Positions 38,751 through 48,821 of a stretch of 64,000 bases of DNA are shown in pieces. Made by a program: the position numbers and the translations under genes. This DNA is from Spirochaetia bacterium. GTDB lineage: Bacteria > Spirochaetota > Spirochaetia > UBA9216. The stretch spans positions 1,824,001 to 1,888,000 of the forward strand of contig CAXXYH010000004.1 of assembly GCA_963677925.2 (NCBI GenBank), in the 5' to 3' direction. The notes beneath the pieces were generated by a model, which saw only the letters and a program-made list of their open reading frames with translations, was not told the origin of the DNA and ran no database searches. Every line of letters starts with the position of its first letter. Positions within the stretch are counted from its first letter, which is position 1.

Positions 38751-39595
38751 AAATAGACTTCAGAAATATATTCAGCATATTCATTTTTTGTGCAGCTTTT
38801 TTTGCCCTGCCGAACGTCTGTGCGGATTCCGTTCTGGCTGATTCAAACAGTATTATTTCCGGACTGTCTGAGGAAGCTGCAGCTGTTCTTCAAATGGAAG
38901 GGCAGGTTTACAGATTTGATGAGGAAGGACATGGGCTTTTGTATCTGCCGGATACAATACTCAGCAGCAGAATTAAGAGTCTGCATTCGGAGCTATCTCC
39001 GGAAATCACTGTTGAAGCATTGTTCAGGGTCCCGTATCCTGAAGATATGGAGCCGGGCAGGGAGACTTTGCGTGAGCTGTATAACCTTTCAAGAAAAGTA
39101 AGTACGTTTGAGGGCGTTCAGTATTATTCAGCAACGAGGAAAAAATACGATACACTTTTTAAAAAAGCCTACAGAATAAACAGTCCTGACAGTCGGATCA
39201 GGGTGGAAAATCCTGCACCTGTTTCTGTCCCTTTTGATGATTCGGTTTATCTTTTTATGCAGGAAAATTCGATGGGCAAGAGTACTTACAGGCTGGATTA
39301 TCATCCGGCGGGCGATGAATTGATGATTACTCTTACCAATGAGGAGAATCTGGGAATATTGTTCAAGGTCGTATATGCCCGTGAGATGAAGGTTTCGCTT
39401 ATTGTGATTCCGTGCTCTGATTGCATACTTATTTATGGCTACTGCGGTGCCGTCCTTCAGAATGATGAACTTGTTAATGTTTTTATTGATCCCTATGATG
39501 CCTTTTATAGACGGATGAGTGCGATGGAGACCTGGTTTTATAATAATCTTCATGAAACCAGTATTCTGCTGCCTCAATCTGAAGTTCAGCCTTAA
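38747..39595 (+). CDS. Exported hypothetical protein (DUF6675-like)
   Basis: Signal peptide; VSTFEGVQYYSATR, AFYRRMSAMETWF; family assignment from memory. Confidence 0.6.
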   Translation: MKIDFRNIFSIFIFCAAFFALPNVCADSVLADSNSIISGLSEEAAAVLQMEGQVYRFDEEGHGLLYLPDTILSSRIKSLHSELSPEITVEALFRVPYPEDMEPGRETLRELYNLSRKVSTFEGVQYYSATRKKYDTLFKKAYRINSPDSRIRVENPAPVSVPFDDSVYLFMQENSMGKSTYRLDYHPAGDELMITLTNEENLGILFKVVYAREMKVSLIVIPCSDCILIYGYCGAVLQNDELVNVFIDPYDAFYRRMSAMETWFYNNLHETSILLPQSEVQP

Positions 39596-39693
39596 AAAAA
39601 CTGTAATTCACTAATTATTAACTTAAAGATTATAATCTCATTCTCTTTTAATGAACTTATGTTTAACGATGTGTAAATATGTTTAGAAATAGC

Positions 39694-39723
39694 TTGACTG
39701 ATCCGCAAACTCTAAATTAGACT
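39694..39723 (+). promoter_or_regulatory. Putative promoter of pckG
   Basis: TTGACT-18 nt-TAGACT. Confidence 0.5.
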
Positions 39724-39783
39724 AAACATAAGTGTATTGTGTGAAATATTGACTATAAACAATTCTATGAAAGGGGTTTGAAT

Positions 39784-41772
39784 ATGTTAAAAATGAGGGA
39801 GGGGATTGATATCCTTTCTGATGTGGGAGGAATTCATAGTCTTGAAGCTGCAAAGTCTGTTTTCAAGTCAAATATGGACGCTTCGAATCTTGCCAAACTG
39901 GATAAAATCAGTAACGCTGATGCTCTGCTTAAGATTGCAAATGCAATTTCAATGTGTGAACCCGATTCAGTTTTTGTTATAAGTGATTCAAAAGAGGATG
40001 CTGTATATGTTAAAGAGCAGAGTCTGAAAACAGGTGAAGAAAAGAGACTTGAGCTCAGGGCACATACAATACATTTTGATCTTCCTGAAGATCAGGGTCG
40101 TCTTGTAGACCAGACTTTTTATATAGTAAATGAGGATGAAGATATAAGCTCAATTGCAAAGAAAGAATCACGGGTTGCTGCGAATACCTATGTAAAAGAG
40201 AATATGAAAGGGATAATGAAGGGGCTTACAATGTATGTAGCCTTTCTCAATAGAGGCCCGGTTGGAGCAAAAGCTTCTATTCCTGCTCTAATGATAACAT
40301 CCTCTACCTATGTTCAAACCTCAGGCGAGCTTCTATACAGGAATGTATACAAATATTTTGATGCTGAAGCAGAACGCTGCGGTACTTTTTTTACTAATGT
40401 TCACAGCCAGGGTACAAATAGATCAGAAGATGTTTCGCGAGCCAGGATTTATATGGACAGAAGCTGGCAGACTTGTTACTCAACATTCTGTACTTATGCG
40501 GGGAATACTCTGCTTTTAAAGAAGGGTAATCATAGATTTGCTGTAGACAGGGCAACCTATTTTAAAATTGAGGAAGAATTATCCGAGCACATGTTTATAA
40601 CCGGTATGACCGGTCCGGGAGGTCGAAAGACTTATTTCGCCGGAGCAGCTCCGTCTGGATGCGGAAAGACCACAACTGCTATGGTGGGCACTGATTTCAT
40701 AGGTGATGATCTCGCTCAGATGTGGATTAATGAAGAAAATGGGACCCTCCGCGCCATCAATCCCGAGACCGGTATTTTCGGAATACTTGAAGATGTCAAC
40801 CAGGCCGGAGATCCCTTTCTTATGAAGAGATTGAGGCAGGAAGGTACAACCGTTATTTTTTCAAATGTGCTTGTCGACGAGAATAACAGGCCCAGATGGA
40901 ACGGTGACGGAGAGCCCTTACCTTCAAACGGCGAAAACTTTCAGGGTGAATGGTATGAAGGGAAAACTGACAAAAACGGAAAACCTGTTCCTATGTCTCA
41001 TCCAAATTCAAGATGTACGCTGGTCTGTGATTCCATTGATAACTATAACAGGGAGGCTGCAGACAGTTCTGAGGGTGTTCATGTTCAGGTCGTAACATAT
41101 TCCGGACGCGATGCTGATACCATGCCCCCGGTCTGGGTAGCAAAGACTATGGATTGCGGAGTTGCAATTGGCGCTTCAATCGTATCCGCAGCAACTGCAA
41201 CTGAGGTCGGCGCTTCAGGTGTTAGAAGACAGCCCTGGGCCAATGCTCCTTTTATTCCGGGGGCACTGGGAGATTATATGAATGCCCAATTCCGTTTTTT
41301 TAACAGCCCGAAGCTTGTAAATAAGCCTATAATGGCCGGGCTGAATTATTTTCTTACAGAAGGAGCCCGCGGGGGAGTTGGTAAAAAGCTTCTCGGAGAA
41401 AAAAAAGATGTAAAGGTTTGGCTTGGCTGGCTGGAACTGCGGGCAAACGGAGACGTTGAAGCTATAGAAACACCTATAGGATATATTCCGTATTACGAAG
41501 ATCTTAAACAACTTTTTGCCGGAATAGGAAAACCATATCCTAAGGATCTGTATGACCGGCAGTTTTCCTTTTATGTGGATAATATTATTGCCAGACTGGA
41601 TCTTCAGGAAGATGCTTTTCGAAAAGAGGAGGGTGTGCCGGAGAAGATATTCTCAGTATATGCAGAGCAGAGAGCCGGCCTATATGCTCTGAAAGAAGCT
41701 TATGGGACAGTGGTTTCTGTGACACAGCTAAAGGATGCCGCAGCGGAAAAATTTTGTGTGAAGGTTTCATGA
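39784..41772 (+). CDS. pckG: Phosphoenolpyruvate carboxykinase (GTP)
   Basis: YAGNT, EHM, APSGCGKT, IGDDLA, AINPETG, HPNSRC. Confidence 0.93.
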   Translation: MLKMREGIDILSDVGGIHSLEAAKSVFKSNMDASNLAKLDKISNADALLKIANAISMCEPDSVFVISDSKEDAVYVKEQSLKTGEEKRLELRAHTIHFDLPEDQGRLVDQTFYIVNEDEDISSIAKKESRVAANTYVKENMKGIMKGLTMYVAFLNRGPVGAKASIPALMITSSTYVQTSGELLYRNVYKYFDAEAERCGTFFTNVHSQGTNRSEDVSRARIYMDRSWQTCYSTFCTYAGNTLLLKKGNHRFAVDRATYFKIEEELSEHMFITGMTGPGGRKTYFAGAAPSGCGKTTTAMVGTDFIGDDLAQMWINEENGTLRAINPETGIFGILEDVNQAGDPFLMKRLRQEGTTVIFSNVLVDENNRPRWNGDGEPLPSNGENFQGEWYEGKTDKNGKPVPMSHPNSRCTLVCDSIDNYNREAADSSEGVHVQVVTYSGRDADTMPPVWVAKTMDCGVAIGASIVSAATATEVGASGVRRQPWANAPFIPGALGDYMNAQFRFFNSPKLVNKPIMAGLNYFLTEGARGGVGKKLLGEKKDVKVWLGWLELRANGDVEAIETPIGYIPYYEDLKQLFAGIGKPYPKDLYDRQFSFYVDNIIARLDLQEDAFRKEEGVPEKIFSVYAEQRAGLYALKEAYGTVVSVTQLKDAAAEKFCVKVS

Positions 41773-41784
41773 TTAAATAACACC

Positions 41785-41813
41785 AGGCTGCCTGAATTAC
41801 AGGCAGCTTTTTT
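41785..41813 (+). terminator. Intrinsic terminator after pckG
   Basis: GCTGCCTG-AATTA-CAGGCAGC followed by a T tract. Confidence 0.85.
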
Positions 41814-41834
41814 TATTCTGATTATTAAAAAAAG

Positions 41835-41863
41835 TTGACTTAGAGTTTCATAATAGGTAGACT
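41835..41863 (+). promoter_or_regulatory. sigma70 promoter of the MCP gene
   Basis: TTGACT-17 nt-TAGACT. Confidence 0.55.
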
Positions 41864-41930
41864 TACTCTTTAAAAGTCTTTGATTGATAAATGTTGTTAA
41901 ATATCCCATTTTGGAGAACGCAGTTTAGTC

Positions 41931-43436
41931 ATGAAAGATTTATCCGGAATTTCAAACAGCCTTAAAAGCAACTTTATCGAATCAGATCAGATTTTTAATA
42001 TCATCATGATGTTTCAGGAAGAATATCTTAAATCAAGTTCTTCCATTCAGAAGCTTATTGATTCAGCCAACAGCAACCTTAAGAGTGTAAATGAAAATGC
42101 CGGTGATGTTGTTAAACTTGTTAACCGATCTTCCGGATCTATTCAGCGTAATATAGAAACATCCCAAAGCAATATCTCTGCAATGAATTCTGCCGCGGAT
42201 TCTGTGGGAAAGCTGGATTCCGGATATAAACGGCTTGTCGAAATGTTTGAATCTCTTGATCAGTCAATCAAGACTATTGCCGACAGAATAGATGTAATTG
42301 AAGATATTTCGGAGCTTACTAATCTGCTTGCACTTAACGCAGCTATTGAAGCAGCCAGAGCCGGAGCGCAGGGGAAGGGGTTTCAGGTTGTTGCCAAGGA
42401 AATTCGTAAACTTGCCGACCGCAGCCGTGTTAATACCGATGAAATTATTAATGTGATCAAAGAAGTTAACGGCAGAATTAATGATGCTGAAGACTTTATG
42501 CGTGAATACGGAGCTAATCAGCAGCAGGTTCTTGAAAATATTAGTTCCACCAACTCAAGACTCTCAGAATCTGCTACTGAACTGGAAAGTATAGACAGGG
42601 AAATAGGTTCAATTAACAGGCTGGTTGAAGAGCAGGCTATTAGTACCTCGTCACTGCTGGAATCTCTGGATAATATTCATCAGACCGGTGTCTTTACTGA
42701 AAAGAACACGCCCTTTATCAGCGAGGTAGTTAAAGTCTACCAGGAAGCCGGTAAATCAATTTCAGATCTATTAAGCGAGCTTGGTGATGTAAATAATACT
42801 GCCGATACAGATGCTTTGGAGAATAAAAATCTAATTAAAATTGGACACGACATAGCCTATCCGCCATGGACACATATTTCAGGAGGTAAGGCTTCAGGCA
42901 TCAGTGTTTCTCACCTTGAAAGTATTCTTCAGAAAGGAAGTTACCAGTCATATTTTTACGGAGGACAGTGGGGGGAACTATATCCTATGCTTCTGAACGG
43001 TAGACTTGATATGCTTCTAAATGTCGGTTGGCCAAGTTCTTTTTTTGACAGTGAACCGGTCATAGCCTCTGTCCCCTATGATAAGTTCAATGTAAGGTTT
43101 TTCAACATGGAAGGCGGCAATCACTCTGCTGATTATTTTAAAGGCAAGCGAGTCGGGGTGCAGAAGGGATCCTTTACCGGCGGTATTGTTGAAAAAATTG
43201 GTGCGGAACCCATTGAGTTTGACAATGATATTCAGGGTATAGTTCATTTAATCTGGAATAATATTGATGCAGTAGCCACTGAAGAGCGTGTTGCTGAATA
43301 TATCTCTTCCAATTTATTTATGAAAGCTGTTAAACCTGCGTCTGAGGTTGTAGGTTCTCTTGATGTCGTCTATATGTTCAGAAAGGAATCTTCTACGCTT
43401 CTATCTGAGATAAATGATTTAATCAGAAACGGATAA
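41931..43436 (+). CDS. Soluble methyl-accepting chemotaxis protein fused to a C-terminal family-3 solute-binding domain
   Basis: [33 protein letters not shown]; no TM helix; C-terminal [29 protein letters not shown]. Confidence 0.85.
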   Translation: MKDLSGISNSLKSNFIESDQIFNIIMMFQEEYLKSSSSIQKLIDSANSNLKSVNENAGDVVKLVNRSSGSIQRNIETSQSNISAMNSAADSVGKLDSGYKRLVEMFESLDQSIKTIADRIDVIEDISELTNLLALNAAIEAARAGAQGKGFQVVAKEIRKLADRSRVNTDEIINVIKEVNGRINDAEDFMREYGANQQQVLENISSTNSRLSESATELESIDREIGSINRLVEEQAISTSSLLESLDNIHQTGVFTEKNTPFISEVVKVYQEAGKSISDLLSELGDVNNTADTDALENKNLIKIGHDIAYPPWTHISGGKASGISVSHLESILQKGSYQSYFYGGQWGELYPMLLNGRLDMLLNVGWPSSFFDSEPVIASVPYDKFNVRFFNMEGGNHSADYFKGKRVGVQKGSFTGGIVEKIGAEPIEFDNDIQGIVHLIWNNIDAVATEERVAEYISSNLFMKAVKPASEVVGSLDVVYMFRKESSTLLSEINDLIRNG

Positions 43437-43451
43437 CTAAATTAAATTAAT

Positions 43452-43486
43452 AAAAAAAACGCTGCAGATAAATGCAGCGTTTTTTT
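43452..43486. terminator. Bidirectional intrinsic terminator
   Basis: A8-CGCTGCA-GATAAA-TGCAGCG-T7 between convergent genes. Confidence 0.9.
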
Positions 43487-43502
43487 ATAAGATTGCTTAG
43501 AA

Positions 43503-45203
43503 TCAGCCTATAGTTGCAACCAGACTGTTACCAGCTACGGCAGCTCCGATAGCGACATCAATTGATTTAACAGTACCTGTCACATTGGAAGGTATTTCAA
43601 CTTCAACGTTTTCTGTCTTATAAACCATTATCGGTTCACCATATGCAACAGAGTCGCCTGCTTTTTTATAAATTCTAGAAATCGTACCGGGAATCCTGGC
43701 TACTATGCTGCTTCCGCCCGCTGCAGCTTTTGGGGCGGCTTTTGGGGCGGCTTTTGCAGATGCAGGTTTTGCCGGGCCAGCCGGTTGTACTGCCTCCTGA
43801 TGGGCGTTTTTTCTTACCATTGTAGCTGCTTCACCTTTAAGGAAGGTTATACCCTTTTCTTTACATGCAGCAGCGATGAAAATGTTCTCATCATTCACAG
43901 GTAAACCGGCATCTTTAAGCATTTTTGTAGCTGCATTGATTCCTTTTGAAGTATCTTCATCGTTTATATCAACGACCTTTCTGTCTGTCGGTTCAAGTCC
44001 AAGTTTTTCCTGGCAGAGCTTTTTAATTTCCGGATCGGGTTCTACGGGGGTTTTTCCGAAGTAGCCGAGTACCATTTTCCCGTATCCGTCAGCCACTTTT
44101 TTCCATGGGCCGAACATTACATTGCTGAAAGCCTGCTGAAAGTAAAACTGGGATACCGGTGTGACTGATGTTCCGAAACCGCCTTTTTCAACAACTTCCT
44201 TCATGGCAAGAATAACTTCACCGAATTTATCAAGGCAGTTGTTGTCTCTCATCATCTGTGTATTGGCAGTCAGTGCTCCGCCGGGCATAGGAGAAAACGG
44301 AATTATCGGTTCAACTTTTTCTGACTCAGGCGGCTTGAAATAGTCTTTCATGCAGTCTTTGAATACATCTTCAGCTTTTATGACCTTGTTAATGTCTACT
44401 CCAAGATCAAAGTCGGTGCCGCGAAGAGCATGCCACATTGTAATAACATCAGGCTGGCAGGTCCCGCCGCTTACCGGTGACAGAGACAGGTCAATCTGGT
44501 CTGCGCCAGCCTCAAGTGCTGCCTTATAACCTGTAACACTGATTCCGGCTGTTTCGTGTGAATGAAATACTATGTTTGTATCAGGACCCAGAAGTGTTCT
44601 TGCTTTTTTGATTGTATCGTATACTTTGCTTGGAACAGCTGTTCCTGATGCATCCTTGAAACATACAGAATCGTAAGGAATTCCGGCATCCAGAATACCT
44701 TTTAAAGTGTTAATGTAAAAATCTGAAGTGTGGGCTCCGGTGGCTCCCGGAGGAAGTTCCATAAGCGTGACACATACCTCATGTTTAAGACCCGCATCAT
44801 GGATAGCCTTTCCGCTGTCAATGAGGTTATTTACATCATTGAGTGCATCAAAGTTTCTGATAGTAGTAATACCGTGCTTTTTAAACAGCTGAGCGTGCAG
44901 TTTTATGATGTCCCTCGGCTGAGAATCAAGACCTACTACATTGACGCCCCTCGCAAGAGTCTGGAGGTTTGCATCAGGACCTGCAGCAGCTCTGAACGCA
45001 TCCATCATATCAAAGGCATCTTCATTGCAGTAAAAGTACAAAGACTGAAACCTTGCTCCTCCGCCGGCTTCGAAATGATCCATTCCGGCATCAACGCAGG
45101 CTTCTACCGCCGGTAGAAAATCCTTTGTGAAAACTCTGGCACCGTAAGCAGACTGGAATCCGTCACGAAAAGCGGTAACCATGAATTTTACTCTCTTTTT
45201 CAT
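43503..45203 (-). CDS. Pyruvate carboxylase subunit B / oxaloacetate decarboxylase alpha-type carboxyltransferase with a degenerate biotin-carrier domain
   Basis: FRDGFQS, GGGARF, FKDASG, HSH, MPGG, VTPVSQ; C-terminal biotinyl-like fold lacks MKM. Confidence 0.9.
   Translation of the reverse strand: MKKRVKFMVTAFRDGFQSAYGARVFTKDFLPAVEACVDAGMDHFEAGGGARFQSLYFYCNEDAFDMMDAFRAAAGPDANLQTLARGVNVVGLDSQPRDIIKLHAQLFKKHGITTIRNFDALNDVNNLIDSGKAIHDAGLKHEVCVTLMELPPGATGAHTSDFYINTLKGILDAGIPYDSVCFKDASGTAVPSKVYDTIKKARTLLGPDTNIVFHSHETAGISVTGYKAALEAGADQIDLSLSPVSGGTCQPDVITMWHALRGTDFDLGVDINKVIKAEDVFKDCMKDYFKPPESEKVEPIIPFSPMPGGALTANTQMMRDNNCLDKFGEVILAMKEVVEKGGFGTSVTPVSQFYFQQAFSNVMFGPWKKVADGYGKMVLGYFGKTPVEPDPEIKKLCQEKLGLEPTDRKVVDINDEDTSKGINAATKMLKDAGLPVNDENIFIAAACKEKGITFLKGEAATMVRKNAHQEAVQPAGPAKPASAKAAPKAAPKAAAGGSSIVARIPGTISRIYKKAGDSVAYGEPIMVYKTENVEVEIPSNVTGTVKSIDVAIGAAVAGNSLVATIG
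43726..43756. repeat. 12-bp tandem repeat (about 2.6 copies) encoding the KAAP linker
   Basis: GCTTTTGGGGCG twice plus GCTTTTG. Confidence 0.8.
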
Positions 45204-45391
45204 TTTCCCTTCCTTGTTTAATAATCATTGCTGTGCAAAACTTTGCTTATTATATGGGGTATCCGCACTTATGTCCATTTTTAAATGGGTAATACAGTTG
45301 AACTTTTCGGGTCTCCTCTCTGCAGAATTTAATCTGATATATTCGGAAAATTATATGAAATTGTTTCGATTTGCGATATTATTTATAATAT

Positions 45392-45703
45392 ATGACGGAA
45401 GATCACGATACAGGCACCAGTCTGGCAACCGAGTCCGGTATTAAACTGGATTCACCGGATATGTACAAGGTTATTCTTTTAAATGATCACTATACCCCTA
45501 TGGATTTTGTTGTAGACGTACTTAGAAAGATCTTCCATAAAAACCCGGCAGAAGCTACAAAAATAATGCTAGAAGTACATAAAAAGGGTAAGGGGATAGC
45601 CGGGGTTTACATCTATGATATAGCGGCTACAAAGATAGAGCAGGTAAAAGGCATGGCAAAACGTGATGAATACCCGCTGCGCTGTACAATTGAGAGGGCT
45701 TAA
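45392..45703 (+). CDS. clpS: Clp protease adaptor ClpS
   Basis: YKVILLNDHYTPMDFVV, MLEVHKKG, YPLRC. Confidence 0.97.
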   Translation: MTEDHDTGTSLATESGIKLDSPDMYKVILLNDHYTPMDFVVDVLRKIFHKNPAEATKIMLEVHKKGKGIAGVYIYDIAATKIEQVKGMAKRDEYPLRCTIERA

Positions 45704-47991
45704 TGGAAATCAGTGAAGACGTACAGGGTATGCTAAACGCGGCGTATCTTGATGCCAGAGAACGCAAGCACGAGTATATAACACCTGAACACATACTATA
45801 CGCATCTTTATATTTTGATTTTACACGGAAAATTATCAGCGGCTGCGGTCTTGAGCCGGATGAGCTGCGTCTGATGAACTTGAGGAGCATCTAAAATTCA
45901 ATATTCCTGTAGCTGACGGAAGCGAACCCATACAGACTGTCGGCTTTCAGGATGTAATTGAAAGAGCGGTTATGCACACCGAAGACTCGCAGAAGAAGAT
46001 GCTTGATCTAGGTGATATTCTGGTCTCAATCTTTGATGAGGAGAAATCTTTCGGCTCATACTATATGAAGAAGGCCGGGCTTAACAGGTTTAATCTTCTT
46101 GATACAATCTCTCATGGAATTTATGAAGATGATGAAGACCTTCTGTTTGACACAGCGGAACTTGAACCGGAAAAACACGGGTTCTGAGCCGCTAAAACAC
46201 TCAGACGAAACAGAAAATCAGAAAAAAAATGAAACTGGAAAAAACAAAAAATCTTTTCTTGAAACATATGCAAGGGATCTGAAGACAGGCGATGCAGCCT
46301 CCGGCAAAGTACAGCCTTTAATTGGCCGAGTTCAGCTGCTTGAACGGCTTTCCGAGGTTCTGTGCCGCCGCTACAAGAATAATCCTCTGCTTGTTGGCGA
46401 CCCCGGTACCGGAAAGACTGCTTTGGCTGAAGGGGTTGCACTGCAGGTGGTTTCTGACAGCTGTCCCGAGTTCCTGAAAGACTACAGGGTCTTTTCACTG
46501 GATATGGGAAGCGTTGTTGCCGGAACAAGATTCCGGGGAGATTTTGAAGAAAGGCTTAAGGCGATTATTTCTGAACTTGAAAATATTGAAAAGGTAATTC
46601 TTTTTATAGATGAAATACATACCATTATAGGTGCCGGTGCTGTTTCCGGCGGAACCATGGATGCTGCCAATATTCTGAAGCCTGTACTGGCATCAGGAAG
46701 GATTCGCTGTATCGGTTCCACAACTCATGAAGAGTATAGAAAGTTTTTTGAAAAAGAGCGTGCTCTGTTGAGACGTTTTCAGAAAATTGATGTGCCCGAG
46801 ACCAGTCCTGAAGAAACACTTGATATCCTTCGGGGGCTTCAGCGGGGATTTGAAGAACATCATGGTGTCAGCTATACCGAAGATGCTTTAAGATCTGCTG
46901 TTGAACTTTCTCATCAGTTTATAAATGACCGCTTTCATCCTGATTCTGCAATTGATGTGATAGATGAAGCAGCTGCATATATGAGGGTTCATCACAATTC
47001 TCCGCATAAGGTCACATCTTCTGAAGTTGAGAAGATAGTCTCACGCATTGCCGGTGTCCCTGAGCAGAGTGTAAGTTCAAGTGAGGCCGTAAAACTTAAG
47101 GAACTTGAAAACGAACTTACTGCTAATATTTACGGACAGCAGGAGGCTGTTGCAGCAGTAGCAAAGGCTGTAAAACGGGGCAGGGCCGGATTCGGCAGTC
47201 CTGATAAACCGGTTGCTTCATTTCTTTTTGCAGGACCAACCGGTGTTGGAAAAACAGAAACTGCCAAGTGTCTTGCAGATGCTCTGGCAGTGCCTCTGCA
47301 CCGCTTTGATATGAGTGAATATCAGGAAAAGCATACGGTTGCACGGCTTATAGGTTCACCTCCCGGATATGTTGGGTTTGAAGAAGGCGGACAGCTGACA
47401 GACACAATCAGACGGACTCCCCACTGTGTTCTTCTGCTTGATGAAATGGAGAAAGCCCATCAGGATATTTACAATGTGATGCTTCAGATAATGGATTACG
47501 CGACCCTTACCGACAACAACGGAAAGAAGGCTGATTTCAGGAATGTTATTATAATAATGACATCGAATGCCGGCGCACGCGACCTTGGACGGCCGATGAT
47601 AGGATTCGGGGAACGTGAGATAACCGGAAGCGCAATAAATGATGCCGTTGATCGAATATTCCCTCCGGAGTTCAGAAACAGACTTGATGCTGTTATAGCC
47701 TTCAACAGGCTGCCGCAGGAAGTTATTCTTAAAATTGTTGATAAGGAACTGGGGCTTTTTATCGATCAGCTTGCTTCCCGGAATGTGTTGTTGAAAGTCA
47801 GTGATGCATGCAGGGAACATCTTGCAGAAAAAGGCTATTCGGTTGAATTTGGCGCCAGGAATATCTCAAGACTTATTCAGGATGAAATTAAATCTTTCTT
47901 TGTCGATGAAGTCCTGTTCGGAAGTCTTGTTAACGGTGGAAAAGCCGAGGCTGACTTTAGCAACGGAAAAATATCCATCAATGTTCTATGA
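45703..47991 (+). pseudogene. clpA: ClpA ATP-binding subunit interrupted by two compensating frameshifts (about 45871 and about 46173); pseudogene or sequencing error
   Basis: N-domain HEYITPEHIL, then QTVGFQDVIERA in a second frame, then D1 (GDPGTGKT, FIDEIH) and D2 (GPTGVGKT, DMSEY) back in the first frame; joined span is 762 codons. Confidence 0.88.
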
Positions 47992-48713
47992 GCAGTGCCG
48001 ATAACGATTTTCCCTATCTGACTGAATCAGAATTCCTTGAATTTCCCAAACCTCAGCGTTCTACCAGGGAGGGGATAATTGCTGCAGGCGGCAACCTGTC
48101 TCCGGGGATGCTTCTTTCAGCCTACAGCCAGGGGGCTTTTCCCTGGTATGGAGAAGGTGATGAAATTCTTTGGTGGAATCCTGATCCTCGATTCATTCTT
48201 TACACAGACCGACTGCATATCTCAAGACGTATGAAGCGTACACTTGACTCGGGTAAGTTTATTGTAAAAAGCGATACCTGCTTTGAAAAAGTGATTAACT
48301 CCTGCTCCTCGATAAAACGAAGCCATGAGGATGGCACCTGGATTCACCCTGAGATGATTGAAGCCTATACAGAGCTTCACAGGCTTGGCTGGGCGCATTC
48401 TGTTGAAGTCTTTCTGCCAGAGGCCGGAGAGTGCCCGGAAGAGCCTGTAGGAGGGCTTTACGGTGTTTCAATCGGATCCATGTTTTTCGGCGAATCGATG
48501 TTTGCAAGGGTCTCTGATGCTTCAAAGGCCGGGTTTATAAGCCTCGTTCTGAAACTTCAGGAAGCAGGTTTTAAAGCAATAGACTGCCAGGTTAAAACAC
48601 CTCATCTTGAGTCGCTTGGTGCAGAAGAAATACCCAGAAAAACCTTTCTGAAGCTTCTTGAAAAATCTTTACAGTCGGATTCCCTTAAAGGCTGCTGGAA
48701 TCTTTTTAAATAA
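47988..48713 (+). CDS. aat: Leucyl/phenylalanyl-tRNA-protein transferase
   Basis: GGNLS, AYSQGAFPW, WWNPDPR, AHSVEV, FFGESMF, IDCQ. Confidence 0.96.
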   Translation: MSSADNDFPYLTESEFLEFPKPQRSTREGIIAAGGNLSPGMLLSAYSQGAFPWYGEGDEILWWNPDPRFILYTDRLHISRRMKRTLDSGKFIVKSDTCFEKVINSCSSIKRSHEDGTWIHPEMIEAYTELHRLGWAHSVEVFLPEAGECPEEPVGGLYGVSIGSMFFGESMFARVSDASKAGFISLVLKLQEAGFKAIDCQVKTPHLESLGAEEIPRKTFLKLLEKSLQSDSLKGCWNLFK

Positions 48714-48750
48714 ATTCTTTTATAAATTACCAAATATGTTTCGAAATTTG

Positions 48751-48779
48751 TTGACAAACCTCAATGGATGATATACGTT
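48751..48779 (+). promoter_or_regulatory. sigma70 promoter of the ytr-like operon
   Basis: TTGACA-17 nt-TACGTT. Confidence 0.65.
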
Positions 48780-48810
48780 ATTAGTGTAATAGAGAGATAG
48801 TACACTAATA
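48779..48810. promoter_or_regulatory. YtrA-type (GntR) operator
   Basis: Perfect inverted repeat TATTAGTGTA-N12-TACACTAATA between the -10 and the SD; AGTGTA...TACACT is the YtrA-family motif. Confidence 0.85.
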
Positions 48811-48821
48811 AGGAGTATATA

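Noticed and set aside
39738-39757. Rex-like operator before pckG
   Set aside because: Only the left half (TGTGAA) matches; not palindromic
45860-46180. Programmed ribosomal frameshifting in clpA
   Set aside because: Would need two opposite shifts; no slippery heptamer or stimulatory structure evident
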